From assembly GCA_964016885.1 (NCBI GenBank), contig OZ024743.1, forward strand, positions 354,702,001-354,766,000: a stretch of DNA of 64,000 nt, in the 5' to 3' direction. The first letter of the stretch is position 1, and every line of letters begins with the position of its first letter. The position numbers and the translations under genes are program-made. Of this stretch, positions 13,430-27,359 are shown one piece after another. The stretch is from Eledone cirrhosa. Its lineage: Eukaryota. The notes under the pieces were generated by a model that made no database searches, was not told where the DNA came from, and saw only the letters and a list, made by a program, of their open reading frames with translations.

Positions 13430-16060
13430 AGGTTTTTGTGATTCCGGTAATGGTGATGCTGATGATTGTCTTCATGCTGGTTGTTGTTGGTGGTAGAGAT
13501 TGAGGTTTTTGTGATACTGGTAATGGTGATGCTGATGATTGTCCTCATGCTGGTTGTTGTTGGTGGTAGAGATTGAGGTTTTTGTGATTCTGGTAATGGT
13601 GATGCTGATGATTGTCCTCATGCTGGTTGTTGTTGGTGGTAGAGATTGAGGTTTTAGAGATCTTGGTAATGGTGATGCTGATGGTTGTCCTCGTGCTGGT
13701 TGTTGTTGGTGGTAGAGATTGAGGTTTTTGTGATCCTGGTAATGGTGATGCTGATGATTGTCCTCATGCTGGTTGTTGTTGGTGGTAGAGATTGAGGTTT
13801 TTGTGATTCTGGTAATGGTGATGCTGATGATTGTCCTCATGCTGGTTGTTGTTGGTGGTAGAGATTGAGGTTTTTGTGATCCTGGTAATGGTGATGCTGA
13901 TGATTGTCCTCATGCTGGTAGTTGTTGGTGGTAGAGATTGAGGTTTTTGTGATTCTGGTAATGGTGATGCTGATGATTGTCCTCATGCTGGTTGTTGTTG
14001 GTGGTAGAAATTGAGGTTTTTGTGATCCTGGTAATGGTGATGCTGATGATTGTCCTCATGCTGGTTGTTGTTGGTGGTAGAGATTGAGGTTTTTGTGATT
14101 CTGTTAATGGTGATGCTGATGATTGTCTTCATGCTGGTTGTTGTTGGTGGTAGAGATTGAGGTTTTTGTGATTCTGGTAATGGTGATGCTGATGATTGTC
14201 TTCATGTTGGTTGTTGTTGGTGGTAGAGATTGAAATTTTTGTGATGCTGGTAATGGTGATGCTGATCATTGTACTGATGCTGGTTGTTGTTGGTGGTAGA
14301 GATTGAGGTTTTTGTGATACTGGTAATCGTGATGCTGATGATTGTCCTCATGCTGGTTGTTGTTGGTGGTAGAGATTGAGGTTTTTGTGCTTCTGGTAAT
14401 GGTGATGCTGATGATTGTCTTCATGTTGGTTGTTGTTGGTGGTAGAGATTGAGGTTTTTGTGATACTGCTAATGGTGATGCTGATGATTGTACTGTTGCT
14501 GGTTGTTGTTGGTGGTAGAGATTGAGGTTTTTGTGATTCTGGTAATGGTGATGTTGATGATTGTCTTCATGCTGGTTGTTGTTGGTGGTAGAGATTGAAG
14601 TTTTTGTGATCCTGGTAATGGTGATGCTGATGATTGTCTTCATGCTGGTTGTTGTTGGTGGTAGAGATTGAGGTTTTTGTGATCCTGGTAATGGTGATGC
14701 TGATGATTGTCTTCATGCTGGTTGTTGTTGGTGGTAGAGATTGAGGTTTTTGTGATTCCGGTAATGGTGATGCTGATGATTGTCTTCATGCTGGTTGTTG
14801 TTGGTGGTAGAGATTGAGGTTTTTGTGATACTGGTAATGGTGATGCTGATGATTGTCCTCATGCTGGTTGTTGTTGGTGGTAGAGATTGAGGTTTTTGTG
14901 ATTCTGGTAATGGTGATGCTGATGATTGTCCTCATGCTGGTTGTTGTTGGTGGTAGAGATTGAGGTTTTAGAGATCTTGGTAATGGTGATGCTGATGGTT
15001 GTCCTCGTGCTGGTTGTTGTTGGTGGTAGAGATTGAGGTTTTTGTGATCCTGGTAATGGTGATGCTGATGATTGTCCTCATGCTGGTTGTTGTTGGTGGT
15101 AGAGATTGAGGTTTTTGTGATTCTGGTAATGGTGATGCTGATGATTGTCCTCATGCTGGTTGTTGTTGGTGGTAGAGATTGAGGTTTTTGTGATCCTGGT
15201 AATGGTGATGCTGATGATTGTCCTCATGCTGGTAGTTGTTGGTGGTAGAGATTGAGGTTTTTGTGATTCTGGTAATGGTGATGCTGATGATTGTCCTCAT
15301 GCTGGTTGTTGTTGGTGGTAGAAATTGAGGTTTTTGTGATCCTGGTAATGGTGATGCTGATGATTGTCCTCATGCTGGTTGTTGTTGGTGGTAGAGATTG
15401 AGGTTTTTGTGATTCTGTTAATGGTGATGCTGATGATTGTCTTCATGCTGGTTGTTGTTGGTGGTAGAGATTGAGGTTTTTGTGATTCTGGTAATGGTGA
15501 TGCTGATGATTGTCTTCATGTTGGTTGTTGTTGGTGGTAGAGATTGAAATTTTTGTGATGCTGGTAATGGTGATGCTGATCATTGTACTGATGCTGGTTG
15601 TTGTTGGTGGTAGAGATTGAGGTTTTTGTGATACTGGTAATCGTGATGCTGATGATTGTCCTCATGCTGGTTGTTGTTGGTGGTAGAGATTGAGGTTTTT
15701 GTGCTTCTGGTAATGGTGATGCTGATGATTGTCTTCATGTTGGTTGTTGTTGGTGGTAGAGATTGAGGTTTTTGTGATACTGCTAATGGTGATGCTGATG
15801 ATTGTACTGTTGCTGGTTGTTGTTGGTGGTAGAGATTGAGGTTTTTGTGATTCTGGTAATGGTGATGTTGATGATTGTCTTCATGCTGGTTGTTGTTGGT
15901 GGTAGAGATTGAGGTTTTTGTGATCCTGGTAATGGTGATGCTGATGATTGTCTTCATGCTGGTTGTTGTTGGTGGTAGAGATTGAGGTTTTTGTGATCCT
16001 GGTAATGGTGATGCTGATGATTGTCTTCATGCTGGTTGTTGTTGGTGGTAGAGATTGAGG
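13430..16060 (+). repeat. Tandem duplication, 1314-bp unit (18 x 73), 2 copies
   Basis: TTTTAGAGATCTT (~13652/14966), GCTGGTAGTT (~13914/15228) and GATACTGCT (~14462/15776) recur at offset 1314. ORFs 13472/14786 and 14266/15580 are identical. Confidence 0.92.
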
Positions 16061-19000
16061 TTTTTGTGATACTGGTAATGGTGATGCTGATGATTGTACT
16101 GATGCTGGTTGTTGTTGGTGTTAGAGATTGAGGTTTTTGTGATTCTGGTAATGGTGATGCTGATGATTGTACTGATGCTGGTTGTTGTTGGTGGTAGAGA
16201 TTGAGGTTTTTGTAATTCTGGTAATGGTGATGCTGATGATTGTGCTCATGCTGGTTGTTGTTGGTGGTAGAGATTGAGGTTTTTGTGATTCTGGTAATGG
16301 TGATGCTGATGATTGTCCTCATGCTGGTTGTTGTTGGTGGTAGAGATTGAGGTTTTTGTGATTCTGGTAATGGTGATGCTGATGATTGTCTTCATGCTGG
16401 TTGTGGTTGGTGGTAGAGATTGAGGTTTTTGTGATTCCGGTAATGGTGATGCTGATGATTGTCTTCATGCTGGTTGTTGTTGGTGGTAGAGATTGAGGTT
16501 TTTGTGATACTGGTAATGGTGCTGCTGATGATTGTCCTCATGCTGGTTGTTGTTGGTAGAGATTGAGGTTTTTGTGATCCTGGTAATGGTGATGCTGATG
16601 ATTGTACTGATGCTGGTTGTTGTTGGTGGTAGAGATTGAGGTTTTAGTGATTTAGGTAATGGTGATGCTGATGATTGTCCTCATGCTGGTTGATGTTGGT
16701 GGTAGAGATTGAGGTTTTTGTGATTCTGGTAATGGTGATGCTGATGATTGTCCTCATGCTGGTTGTTGTTGGTAGAGATTGAGGTTTTTGTGATCCTGGT
16801 AATGGTGATGCTGATGATTGTCCTCATGCTGGTTGTTGTTGGTGGTAGAGATTGAGGTTTTTTGTGATTCTGGTAATGGTGATGCTGATGATTGTCTTCA
16901 TGCTGGTTGTTGTTGGTGGTAGAGATTGAAATTTTTGTGATACTTGTAATGGTGATGCTGATGATTGTACTGATGCTGGTTGTTGTTGGTGGTAGAGATT
17001 GAGGTTTTTGTGATACTGGTAATGGTGATGCTGATGATTGTACTCCTGCTGGTTGTTGTTGGTGGTAGAGATTGAGGTGTTTGTGATTCTGGTAATGGTG
17101 TACTGATGATTGTCCTCGTGCTGGTTGTTGTTGGTGGTAAAGATTGAGGTTTTTGTGATCCTGGTAATGGTGATGCTGATGATTGTCCTCATGCTGGTTG
17201 TTGTTGGTGGTAGAGATTGAGGTTTTTGTGATCCTAGTAATGGTGATGCTGATGATTGTACTGATGCTGGTTGTTGTTGGTGGTAGAGATTGAGGTTTTT
17301 GTGATTCTGGTAATGGTGATGTTGATGATTGTCTTCATGCTGGTTGTTGTTGGTGGTAGAGATTGAGGTTTTTGTGATCCTGGTAATGGTGATGCTGATG
17401 ATTGTCTTCATGCTGGTTGTTGTTGGTGGTAGAGATTGAGGTTTTTGTGATCCTGGTAATGGTGATGCTGATGATTGTACTGATGCTGGTTGTTGTTGGT
17501 GGTAGAGATTGAGGTTTTTGTGATCCTGGTAATGGTGATGCTGATGATTGTCCTCATGCTGGTTGTTGTTGGTGGTAGAGATTGAGGTTTTTGTGATCCT
17601 AGTAATGGTGATGCTGATGATTGTACTGGTGCTGGTTGTTGTTGGTGGTAGAGATTGAGGTTTTTGTGATACTGGTAATGGTGATGCTGATGATTGTACT
17701 GTTGCTGGTTGTTGTTGGTGGTAGAGATTGAGGTTTTTGTGATTCTGGTAATGGTGATGTTGATGATTGTCTTCATGCTGGTTGTTGTTGGTGGTAGAGA
17801 TTGAGGTTTTTGTGATCCTGGTAATGGTGATGCTGATGATTGTCTTCATGCTGGTTGTTGTTGGTGGTAGAGATTGAGGTTTTTGTGATCCTGGTAATGG
17901 TGATGCTGATGATTGTACTGATGCTGGTTGTTGTTGGTGGTAGAGATTGAGGTTTTTGTGATCCTGGTAATGGTGATGCTGATGATTGTACTGATGCTGG
18001 TTGTTGTTGGTGGTAGAGATTGAGGTTTTTGTGATCCTAGTAATGGTGATGCTGATGATTGTACTGATACTGGTTGTTGTTGGTGGTAGAGATTGAGGTT
18101 TTTGTGATTCTGGTAATGGTGATGCTGATGATTGTACTGATGCTGGTTGTTGTTGGTGGTAGAGATTGAGGTTTTTGTAATTCTGGTAATGGTGATGCTG
18201 ATGATTGTACTGATGCTGGTTGTTGTTGGTGGTAGAGATTGAGGTTTTTGTGATTCTGGTAATGGTGATGCTGATGATTGTACTGATGCTGGTTGTTGTT
18301 GGTGGTAGAGATTGAGGTTTTTGTGATTCTGGTAATGGTGATGCTGATGATTGTCCTCATGCTGGTTGTTGTTCGTGGTAGAGATTGAGGTTTTTGTGAT
18401 CCTGGTAATGGTGATGCTGATGATTGTCCTCATGCTGGTTGTTGGTGGTGGTAGAGATTCAGGTTTTTGTGATTCTGGTAATGGTGATGCTGATGATTGT
18501 GCTCATGCTGGTTGTTGTTGGTGGTAGAGATTGAGGTTTTTGTGATTCTGGTAATGGTGATGCTGATGATTGTCCTCATGCTGGTTGTTGTTGGTGGTAG
18601 AGATTGAGGTTTTTGTGATTCTGGTAATGGTGATGCTGATGATTGTCTTCATGCTGGTTGTTGTTGGTGGTAGAGATTGAGGTTTTTGTGATTCTGGTAA
18701 TGGTGATGCTGATGATTGTCTTCATGCTGGTTGTGGTTGGTGGTAGAGATTGAGGTTTTTGTGATTCCGGTAATGGTGATGCTGATGATTGTCTTCATGC
18801 TGGATGTTGTTGGTGGTAGAGATTGAGGTTTTTGTGATACTGGTAATGGTGCTGCTGATGATTGTCCTCATGCTGGTTGTTGTTGGTAGAGATTGAGGTT
18901 TTTGTGATCCTGGTAATGGTGATGCTGATGATTGTACTGATGCTGGTTGTTGTTGGTGGTAGAGATTGAGGTTTTAGTGATTTAGGTAATGGTGATGCTG

Positions 19001-22000
19001 ATGATTGTCCTCATGCTGGTTGATGTTGGTGGTAGAGATTGAGGTTTTTGTGATTCTGGTAATGGTGATGCTGATGATTTTCCTCATGCTGGTTGTTGTT
19101 GGTAGAGATTGAGGTTTTTGTGATCCTGGTAATGGTGATGCTGATGATTGTCCTCATGCTGGTTGTTGTTGGTGGTAGAGATTGACGTTTTTGTGATCCT
19201 GGTAATGGTGATGCTGATGATTGTCCTCATGCTGGTTGTTGTTGGTGGTAGAGATTGAGGTTTTTTGTGATTCTGGTAATGGTGATGCTGATGATTGTCT
19301 TCATGCTGGTTGTTGTTGGTGGTAGAGATTGAAATTTTTGTGATACTTGTAATGGTGATGCTGATGATTGTACTGATGCTGGTTGTTGTTGGTGGTAGAG
19401 ATTGAGGTTTTTGCGATACTGGTAATGGTGATGCTGATGATTGTACTCCTGCTGGTTGTTGTTGTTGGTACAGATTGAGGTGTTTGTGATTCTGGTAATG
19501 GTGTACTGATGATTGTCCTCATGCTGGTTGTTGTTGGTGTTAGAGATTGAGGTTTTTGTGATTCTGGTAATAGTGATGCTGATGAATGTACTCCTGCTGG
19601 TTGTTGTTGGTGGTAGAGATTGAGGTTTTTGCGATTCTGGTAATGGTGATGTTGATGATTGTCTTCATGCTGGTTGTTGTTGGTGGTAGAGATTCAGGTT
19701 TTTGTGATTCTGGTAATGGTGATGCTGATGATTGTCTTCATGCTGGTTGTTGTTGGTGGTAGAGATTGAGGTTTTTGTGATTCTGGTAATGGTGATGCTG
19801 ATGATTGTCCTCATGTTGGTTGTTGTTCGTGGTAGAGATTGAGGTTTTTGTGATTCTGGTAATGGTGATGCTGATGATTGTCCTCATGCTGGTTGTTGTT
19901 GGTGGTAGAGATTGAGGTTTTTGTGATTCTGGTAATGGTGATGCTGATGATGGTCCTCATGCTGGTTGTTGTTGGTGGTAGAGATTGAGGTTTTTGTGAT
20001 TCTGGTAATGGTGATGCTGATGAGTGTCCTCATGCTGGTTGTTGTTCGTGGTAGAGATTGAGGTTTTTGTGATTCTGTTAATGGTGATGCTGATGATTGT
20101 CCTCATGCTGGTTGTTGTTGGAGGTAGAGATTGAGGTTTTTGTGATTCTGGTAATGGTGATGCTGATGATTGTCTTCATGTTGGTTGTTGTTGGTGGTAG
20201 AGAATGAGGTTTTTGTGATTCCGGTAATGGTGATGCTGATGATTGTCTTCATGCTGGTTGTTGTTGGTGGTAGAGATTGAGGTTTTTGTGATACTGGTAA
20301 TGGTGATGCTGATGATTGTCCTCATGCTGGTTGTTGTTGGTGGTAGAGATTGAGGTTTTTGTGATTCTGGTAATGGTGATGCTGATGATTGTCCTCATGC
20401 TGGTTGTTGTTGGTGGTAGAGATTGAGGTTTTTGAGATCTTGGTAATGGTGATGCTGATGGTTGTCCTCGTGCTGGTTGTTGTTGGTGGTAGAGATTGAG
20501 GTTTTTGTGATCCTGGTAATGGTGATGCTGATGATTGTCCTCATGCTGGTTGTTGTTGGTGGTAGAGATTGAGGTTTTTGTGATTCTGGTAATGGTGATG
20601 CTGATGATTGTCCTCATGCTGGTTGTTGTTGGTGGTAGAGATTGAGGTTTTTGTGATCCTGGTAATGGTGATGCTGATGATTGTCCTCATGCTGGTTGTT
20701 GTTGGTGGTAGAGATTGAGGTTTTTGTGATTCTGGTAATGGTGATGCTGATGATTGTCCTCATGCTGGTTGTTGTTGGTGGTAGAAATTGAGGTTTTTGT
20801 GATCCTGGTAATGGTGATGCTGATGATTGTCCTCATGCTGGTTGTTGTTGGTGGTAGAGATTGAGGTTTTTGTGATTCTGTTAATGGTGATGCTGATGAT
20901 TGTCTTCATGCTGGTTGTTGTTGGTGGTAGAGATTGAGGTTTTTGTGATTCTGGTAATGGTGATGCTGATGATTGTCTTCATGTTGGTTGTTGTTGGTGG
21001 TAGAGATTGAAATTTTTGTGATGCTGGTAATGGTGATGCTGATCATTGTACTGATGCTGGTTGTTGTTGGTGGTAGAGATTGAGGTTTTTGTGATACTGG
21101 TAATCGTGATGCTGATGATTGTCCTCATGCTGGTTGTTGTTGGTGGTAGAGATTGAGGTTTTTGTGCTTCTGGTAATGGTGATGCTGATGATTGTCTTCA
21201 TGTTGGTTGTTGTTGGTGGTAGAGATTGAGGTTTTTGTGATACTGGTAATGGTGATGCTGATGATTGTACTGTTGCTGGTTGTTGTTGGTGGTAGAGATT
21301 GAGGTTTTTGTGATTCTGGTAATGGTGATGTTGATGATTGTCTTCATGCTGGTTGTTGTTGGTGGTAGAGATTGAGGTTTTTGTGATCCTGGTAATGGTG
21401 ATGCTGATGATTGTCTTCATGCTGGTTGTTGTTGGTGGTAGAGATTGAGGTTTTTGTGATCCTGGTAATGGTGATGCTGATGATTGTACTGATGCTGGTT
21501 GTTGTTGGTGGTAGAGATTGAGGTTTTTGTGATCCTGGTAATGGTGATGCTGATGATTGTACTGATGCTGGTTGTTGTTGGTGTTAGAGATTGAGGTTTT
21601 TGTGATTCTGGTAATGGTGATGCTGATGATTGTACTGATGCTGGTTGTTGTTGGTGGTAGAGATTGAGGTTTTTGTAATTCTGGTAATGGTGATGCTGAT
21701 GATTGTGCTCATGCTGGTTGTTGTTGGTGGTAGAGATTGAGGTTTTTGTGATTCTGGTAATGGTGATGCTGATGATTGTCCTCATGCTGGTTGTTGTTGG
21801 TGGTAGAGATTGAGGTTTTTGTGATTCTGGTAATGGTGATGCTGATGATTGTCTTCATGCTGGTTGTGGTTGGTGGTAGAGATTGAGGTTTTTGTGATTC
21901 CGGTAATGGTGATGCTGATGATTGTCTTCATGCTGGTTGTTGTTGGTGGTAGAGATTGAGGTTTTTGTGATACTGGTAATGGTGCTGCTGATGATTGTCC

Positions 22001-25000
22001 TCATGCTGGTTGTTGTTGGTAGAGATTGAGGTTTTTGTGATCCTGGTAATGGTGATGCTGATGATTGTACTGATGCTGGTTGTTGTTGGTGGTAGAGATT
22101 GAGGTTTTAGTGATTTAGGTAATGGTGATGCTGATGATTGTCCTCATGCTGGTTGATGTTGGTGGTAGAGATTGAGGTTTTTGTGATTCTGGTAATGGTG
22201 ATGCTGATGATTGTCCTCATGCTGGTTGTTGTTGGTAGAGATTGAGGTTTTTGTGATCCTGGTAATGGTGATGCTGATGATTGTCCTCATGCTGGTTGTT
22301 GTTGGTGGTAGAGATTGAGGTTTTTTGTGATTCTGGTAATGGTGATGCTGATGATTGTCTTCATGCTGGTTGTTGTTGGTGGTAGAGATTGAAATTTTTG
22401 TGATACTTGTAATGGTGATGCTGATGATTGTACTGATGCTGGTTGTTGTTGGTGGTAGAGATTGAGGTTTTTGTGATACTGGTAATGGTGATGCTGATGA
22501 TTGTTCTCCTGCTGGTTGTTGTTGGTAGTAGAGATTGAGGTGTTTGTGATTCTGGTAATGGTGTACTGATGATTGTCCTCGTGCTGGTTGTTGTTGGTGG
22601 TAAAGATTGAGGTTTTTGTGATCCTGGTAATGGTGATGCTGATGATTGTCCTCATGCTGGTTGTTGTTGGTGGTACAGATTGAGGTTTTTGTGATCCTAG
22701 TAATGGTGATGCTGATGATTGTACTGATGCTGGTTGTTGTTGGTGGTAGAGATTGAGGTTTTTGTGATACTGGTAATGGTGATGCTGATGATTGTACTGT
22801 TGCTGGTTGTTGTTGGTGGTAGAGATTGAGGTTTTTGTGATTCTGGTAATGGTGATGTTGATGATTGTCTTCATGCTGGTTGTTGTTGGTGGTAGAGATT
22901 GAGGTTTTTGTGATCCTGGTAATGGTGATGCTGATGATTGTCTTCATGCTGGTTGTTGTTGGTGGTAGAGATTGAGGTTTTTGTGATCCTGGTAATGGTG
23001 ATGCTGATGATTTTACTGATGCTGGTTGTTGTTGGTGGTAGAGAATTAGGTTTTTGTGATCCTGGTAATGGTGATGCTGATGATTGTCCTCATGCTGGTT
23101 GTTGTTGGTGGTAGAGATTGAGGTTTTTGTGATCCTAGTAATGGTGATGCTGATGATTGTACTGGTGCTGGTTGTTGTTGGTGGTAGAGATTGAGGTTTT
23201 TGTGATACTGGTAATGGTGATGCTGATGATTGTACTGTTGCTGGTTGTTGTTGGTGGTAGAGATTGAGGTTTTTGTGATTCTGGTAATGGTGATGTTGAT
23301 GATTGTCTTCATGCTGGTTGTTGTTGGTGGTAGAGATTGAGGTTTTTGTGATCCTGGTTACGGTGATGCTGATGATTGTCTTCATGCTGGTTGTTGTTGG
23401 TGGTAGAGATTGAGGTTTTTGTGATCCTGGTAATGGTGATGCTGATGATTGTACTGATGCTGGTTGTTGTTGGTGGTAGAGATTGAGGTTTTTGTGATCC
23501 TAGTAATGGTGATGCTGATGATTGTACTGATACTGGTTGTTGTTGGTGGTAGAGATTGAGGTTTTTGTGATTCTGGTAATGGTGATGCTGATGATTGTAC
23601 TGATACTGGTTGTTGTTGGTGGTAGAGATTGAGGTTTTTGTGATCCTGGTAATGGTGATGCTGATGATTGTACTGATGCTGGTTGTTGTTGGTGGTAGAG
23701 ATTGAGGTTTTTGTGATCCTAGTAATGGTGATGCTGATGATTGTACTGATACTGGTTGTTGTTGGTGGTAGAGATTGAGGTTTTTGTGATTCTGGTAATG
23801 GTGATGCTGATGATTGTACTGATGCTGGTTGTTGTTGGTGGTAGAGATTGAGGTTTTTGTAATTCTGGTAATGGTGATGCTGATGATTGTACTGATGCTG
23901 GTTGTTGTTGGTGGTAGAGATTGAGGTTTTTGTGATTCTGGTAATGGTGATGCTGATGATTGTACTGATGCTGGTTGTTGTTGGTGGTAGAGATTGAGGT
24001 TTTTGTGATTCTGGTAATGGTGATGCTGATGATTGTCCTCATGCTGGTTGTTGTTCGTGGTAGAGATTGAGGTTTTTGTGATCCTGGTAATGGTGATGCT
24101 GATGATTGTCCTCATGCTGGTTGTTGGTGGTGGTAGAGATTCAGGTTTTTGTGATTCTGGTAATGGTGATGCTGATGATTGTCCTCATGCTGGTTGTTGT
24201 TGGTGGTAGAGATTGAGGTTTTTGTGATTCTGGTAATGGTGATGCTGATGATTGTCTTCATGCTGGTTGTTGTTGGTGGTAGAGATTGAGGTTTTTGTGA
24301 TTCTGGTAATGGTGATGCTGATGATTGTCTTCATGCTGGTTGTGGTTGGTGGTAGAGATTGAGGTTTTTGTGATTCCGGTAATGGTGATGCTGATGATTG
24401 TCTTCATGCTGGTTGTTGTTGGTGGTAGAGATTGAGGTTTTTGTGATACTGGTAATGGTGCTGCTGATGATTGTCCTCATGCTGGTTGTTGTTGGTAGAG
24501 ATTGAGGTTTTTGTGATCCTGGTAATGGTGATGCTGATGATTGTACTGATGCTGGTTGTTGTTGGTGGTAGAGATTGAGGTTTTAGTGATTTAGGTAATG
24601 GTGATGCTGATGATTGTCCTCATGCTGGTTGATGTTGGTGGTAGAGATTGAGGTTTTTGTGATTCTGGTAATGGTGATGCTGATGATTGTCCTCATGCTG
24701 GTTGTTGTTGGTAGAGATTGAGGTTTTTGTGATCCTGGTAATGGTGATGCTGATGATTGTCCTCATGCTGGTTGTTGTTGGTGGTAGAGATTGACGTTTT
24801 TGTGATCCTGGTAATGGTGATGCTGATGATTGTCCTCATGCTGGTTGTTGTTGGTGGTAGAGATTGAGGTTTTTTGTGATTCTGGTAATGGTGATGCTGA
24901 TGATTGTCTTCATGCTGGTTGTTGTTGGTGGTAGAGATTGAAATTTTTGTGATACTTGTAATGGTGATGCTGATGATTGTACTGATGCTGGTTGTTGTTG

Positions 25001-25780
25001 GTGGTAGAGATTGAGGTTTTTGCGATACTGGTAATGGTGATGCTGATGATTGTACTCCTGCTGGTTGTTGTTGTTGGTACAGATTGAGGTGTTTGTGATT
25101 CTGGTAATGGTGTACTGATGATTGTCCTCATGCTGGTTGTTGTTGGTGTTAGAGATTGAGGTTTTTGTGATTCTGGTAATAGTGATGCTGATGATTGTAC
25201 TCCTGCTGGTTGTTGTTGGTGGTAGAGATTGAGGTTTTTGCGATTCTGGTAATGGTGATGTTGATGATTGTCTTCATGCTGGTTGTTGTTGGTGGTAGAG
25301 ATTCAGGTTTTTGTGATTCTGGTAATGGTGATGCTGATGATTGTCTTCATGCTGGTTGTTGTTGGTGGTAGAGATTGAGGTTTTTGTGATTCTGGTAATG
25401 GTGATGCTGATGATTGTCCTCATGTTGGTTGTTGTTCGTGGTAGAGATTGAGGTTTTTGTGATTCTGGTAATGGTGATGCTGATGATTGTCCTCATGCTG
25501 GTTGTTGTTGGTGGTAGAGATTGAGGTTTTTGTGATTCTGGTAATGGTGATGCTGATGATGGTCCTCATGCTGGTTGTTGTTCGTGGTAGAGATTGAGGT
25601 TTTTGTGATTCTGGTAATGGTGATGCTGATGAGTGTCCTCATGCTGGTTGTTGTTCGTGGTAGAGATTGAGGTTTTTGTGATTCTGTTAATGGTGATGCT
25701 GATGATTGTCCTCATGCTGGTTGTTGTTGGAGGTAGAGATTGAGGTTTTTGTGATTCTGGTAATGGTGATGCTGATGATT
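14750..25780 (+). repeat. Large higher-order repeat, ~5.46-5.61-kb unit (~75-77 monomers), 2 copies
   Basis: ORF pairs sit at offset 5463 (14786/20249, 15580/21043, 15954/21417, 16824/22287, 17846/23309), shifting to 5682 and 5609 (19301/24910) after whole-monomer indels. Shared markers include TTGTTGGTACAG (~19463/25072) and GGAGGTAG (~20120/25729). Confidence 0.9.
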
Positions 25781-27359
25781 GTCCTCATGCTGGTTGTTGT
25801 TGGTGGTAGAGATTGAGGTTTTTGTGATTCTGGTAATGGTGATGCTGATGATTGTCCTCATGCTGGTTGTTGTTCGTGGTAGAGATTGAGGTTTTTGTGA
25901 TACTGGTAATGGTGATGCTGATGATTGTCCTCATGCTGGTTGTTGTTGGTGGTAGAGATTGAGGTTTTTGAGATTCTGGTAATGGTGATGCTGATGATTG
26001 TCCTCTACTGGTTGTTGTTGGTGGTAGAGATTGAGGTTTTTGTGATACTGGTAATGGTGATGCTGATGAATGTCCTCGTGCTGGTTGTTGTTGGTGGTAG
26101 AGATTGAGGTTTTTGTGATCCTGGTAATGGTGATGCTGATGGTTGTCCTCGTGCTGGTTGTTGTTGGTGGTAGAGATTGAGGTTTTTGTGATCCTGGTAA
26201 TGGTGATGCTGATGATTGTCCTCATGCTGGTTGTTGTTGGTGGTAGAGATTGAAGTTTTTGTGATTCTGGTGATGGTGATGCTGATGATTGTCCTCATGC
26301 TGGTTGTTGTTGGTGGTAGAGATTGAGGTTTTTGTGATCCTGGTAATGGTGATGCTGATTATTGTCCTCATTCGGGTTGTTGTTGGTGGTAGAGATTGAG
26401 GTTTTTGTGATTCTGGTAATGGTGATGCTGATGATTGTCCTCATGCTGGTTGTTGTTGGTGGTAGAGATTGAGGTTCTTGTGATCCTGGTAATGGTGATG
26501 CTGATGATTGTCCTCATGCTGGTTGTTGTTGGTGGTAGAGATTGAGGTTTTTGTGATTCTGTAATGGTGATGCTGATGATTGTCCTCATGCTGGTTGTTG
26601 TTGGTGGTAGAGATTGAGGTTTTTGTGATCCTGGTAATGGTGATGGTGATGGTTGTCCTCGTGCTGGTTGTTGTTGGTGGTAGAGATTGAGGTTTTTGTG
26701 ATCCTGGTAATGGTGATGCTGATGATTGTCCTCATGCTGGTTGTTGTTGGTAGAGATTGAAGTTTTTGTGATCCTGGTAATGGTGATGCTGATGATTGTC
26801 CTCATGCTGGTTGTTGTTGGTGGTAGAGATTGACGTTTTTGTGATCCTGGTAATGGTGATGCTGATGATTGTCCTCATGCTGGTTGTTGTTGGTGGTAGA
26901 GATTGAGGTTTTTGTGATTCTGGTAATGGTGATGCTGATGATTGTCTTCATGCTGGTTGTTGTTGGTGGTAGAGATTGATGTTTTTGTGATTCTGGTAAT
27001 GGTGATGCTGATGATTGTACTCCTGCTGGTTGTTGTTGGTGGTAGAGATTGAGGTTTTTGTGATTCTGGTAATGGTGATGCTGATGATTGTCCTCATGCT
27101 GGTTGTTGTTGGTGGTAGAGATTGAGGTTTTTGTGATACTGGTAATGGTGATGCTAATGATTGTCCTCATGCTGGTTGTTGTTGGTGGTAGAGATTGAGG
27201 TTTTTGAGATTCTGGTAATGGTGATGCTGATGATTGCCCTCTACTGGTTGTTGTTGGTGGTAGAGATTGAGGTTTTTGTGATACTGGTAATGGTGATTCT
27301 GATGAATGTCCTCGTGCTGGTTGTTGTTGGTGGTAGAGATTGAGGTTTTTGTGATCCTG

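Noticed and set aside
22144-23385. Longest ORF (413 aa) as a His-rich or prion-like protein
   Set aside because: It is a chance chain of stop-less monomers. The paralogous HOR copy gives a different ORF (16824-17849, 341 aa), so the frame is not conserved.
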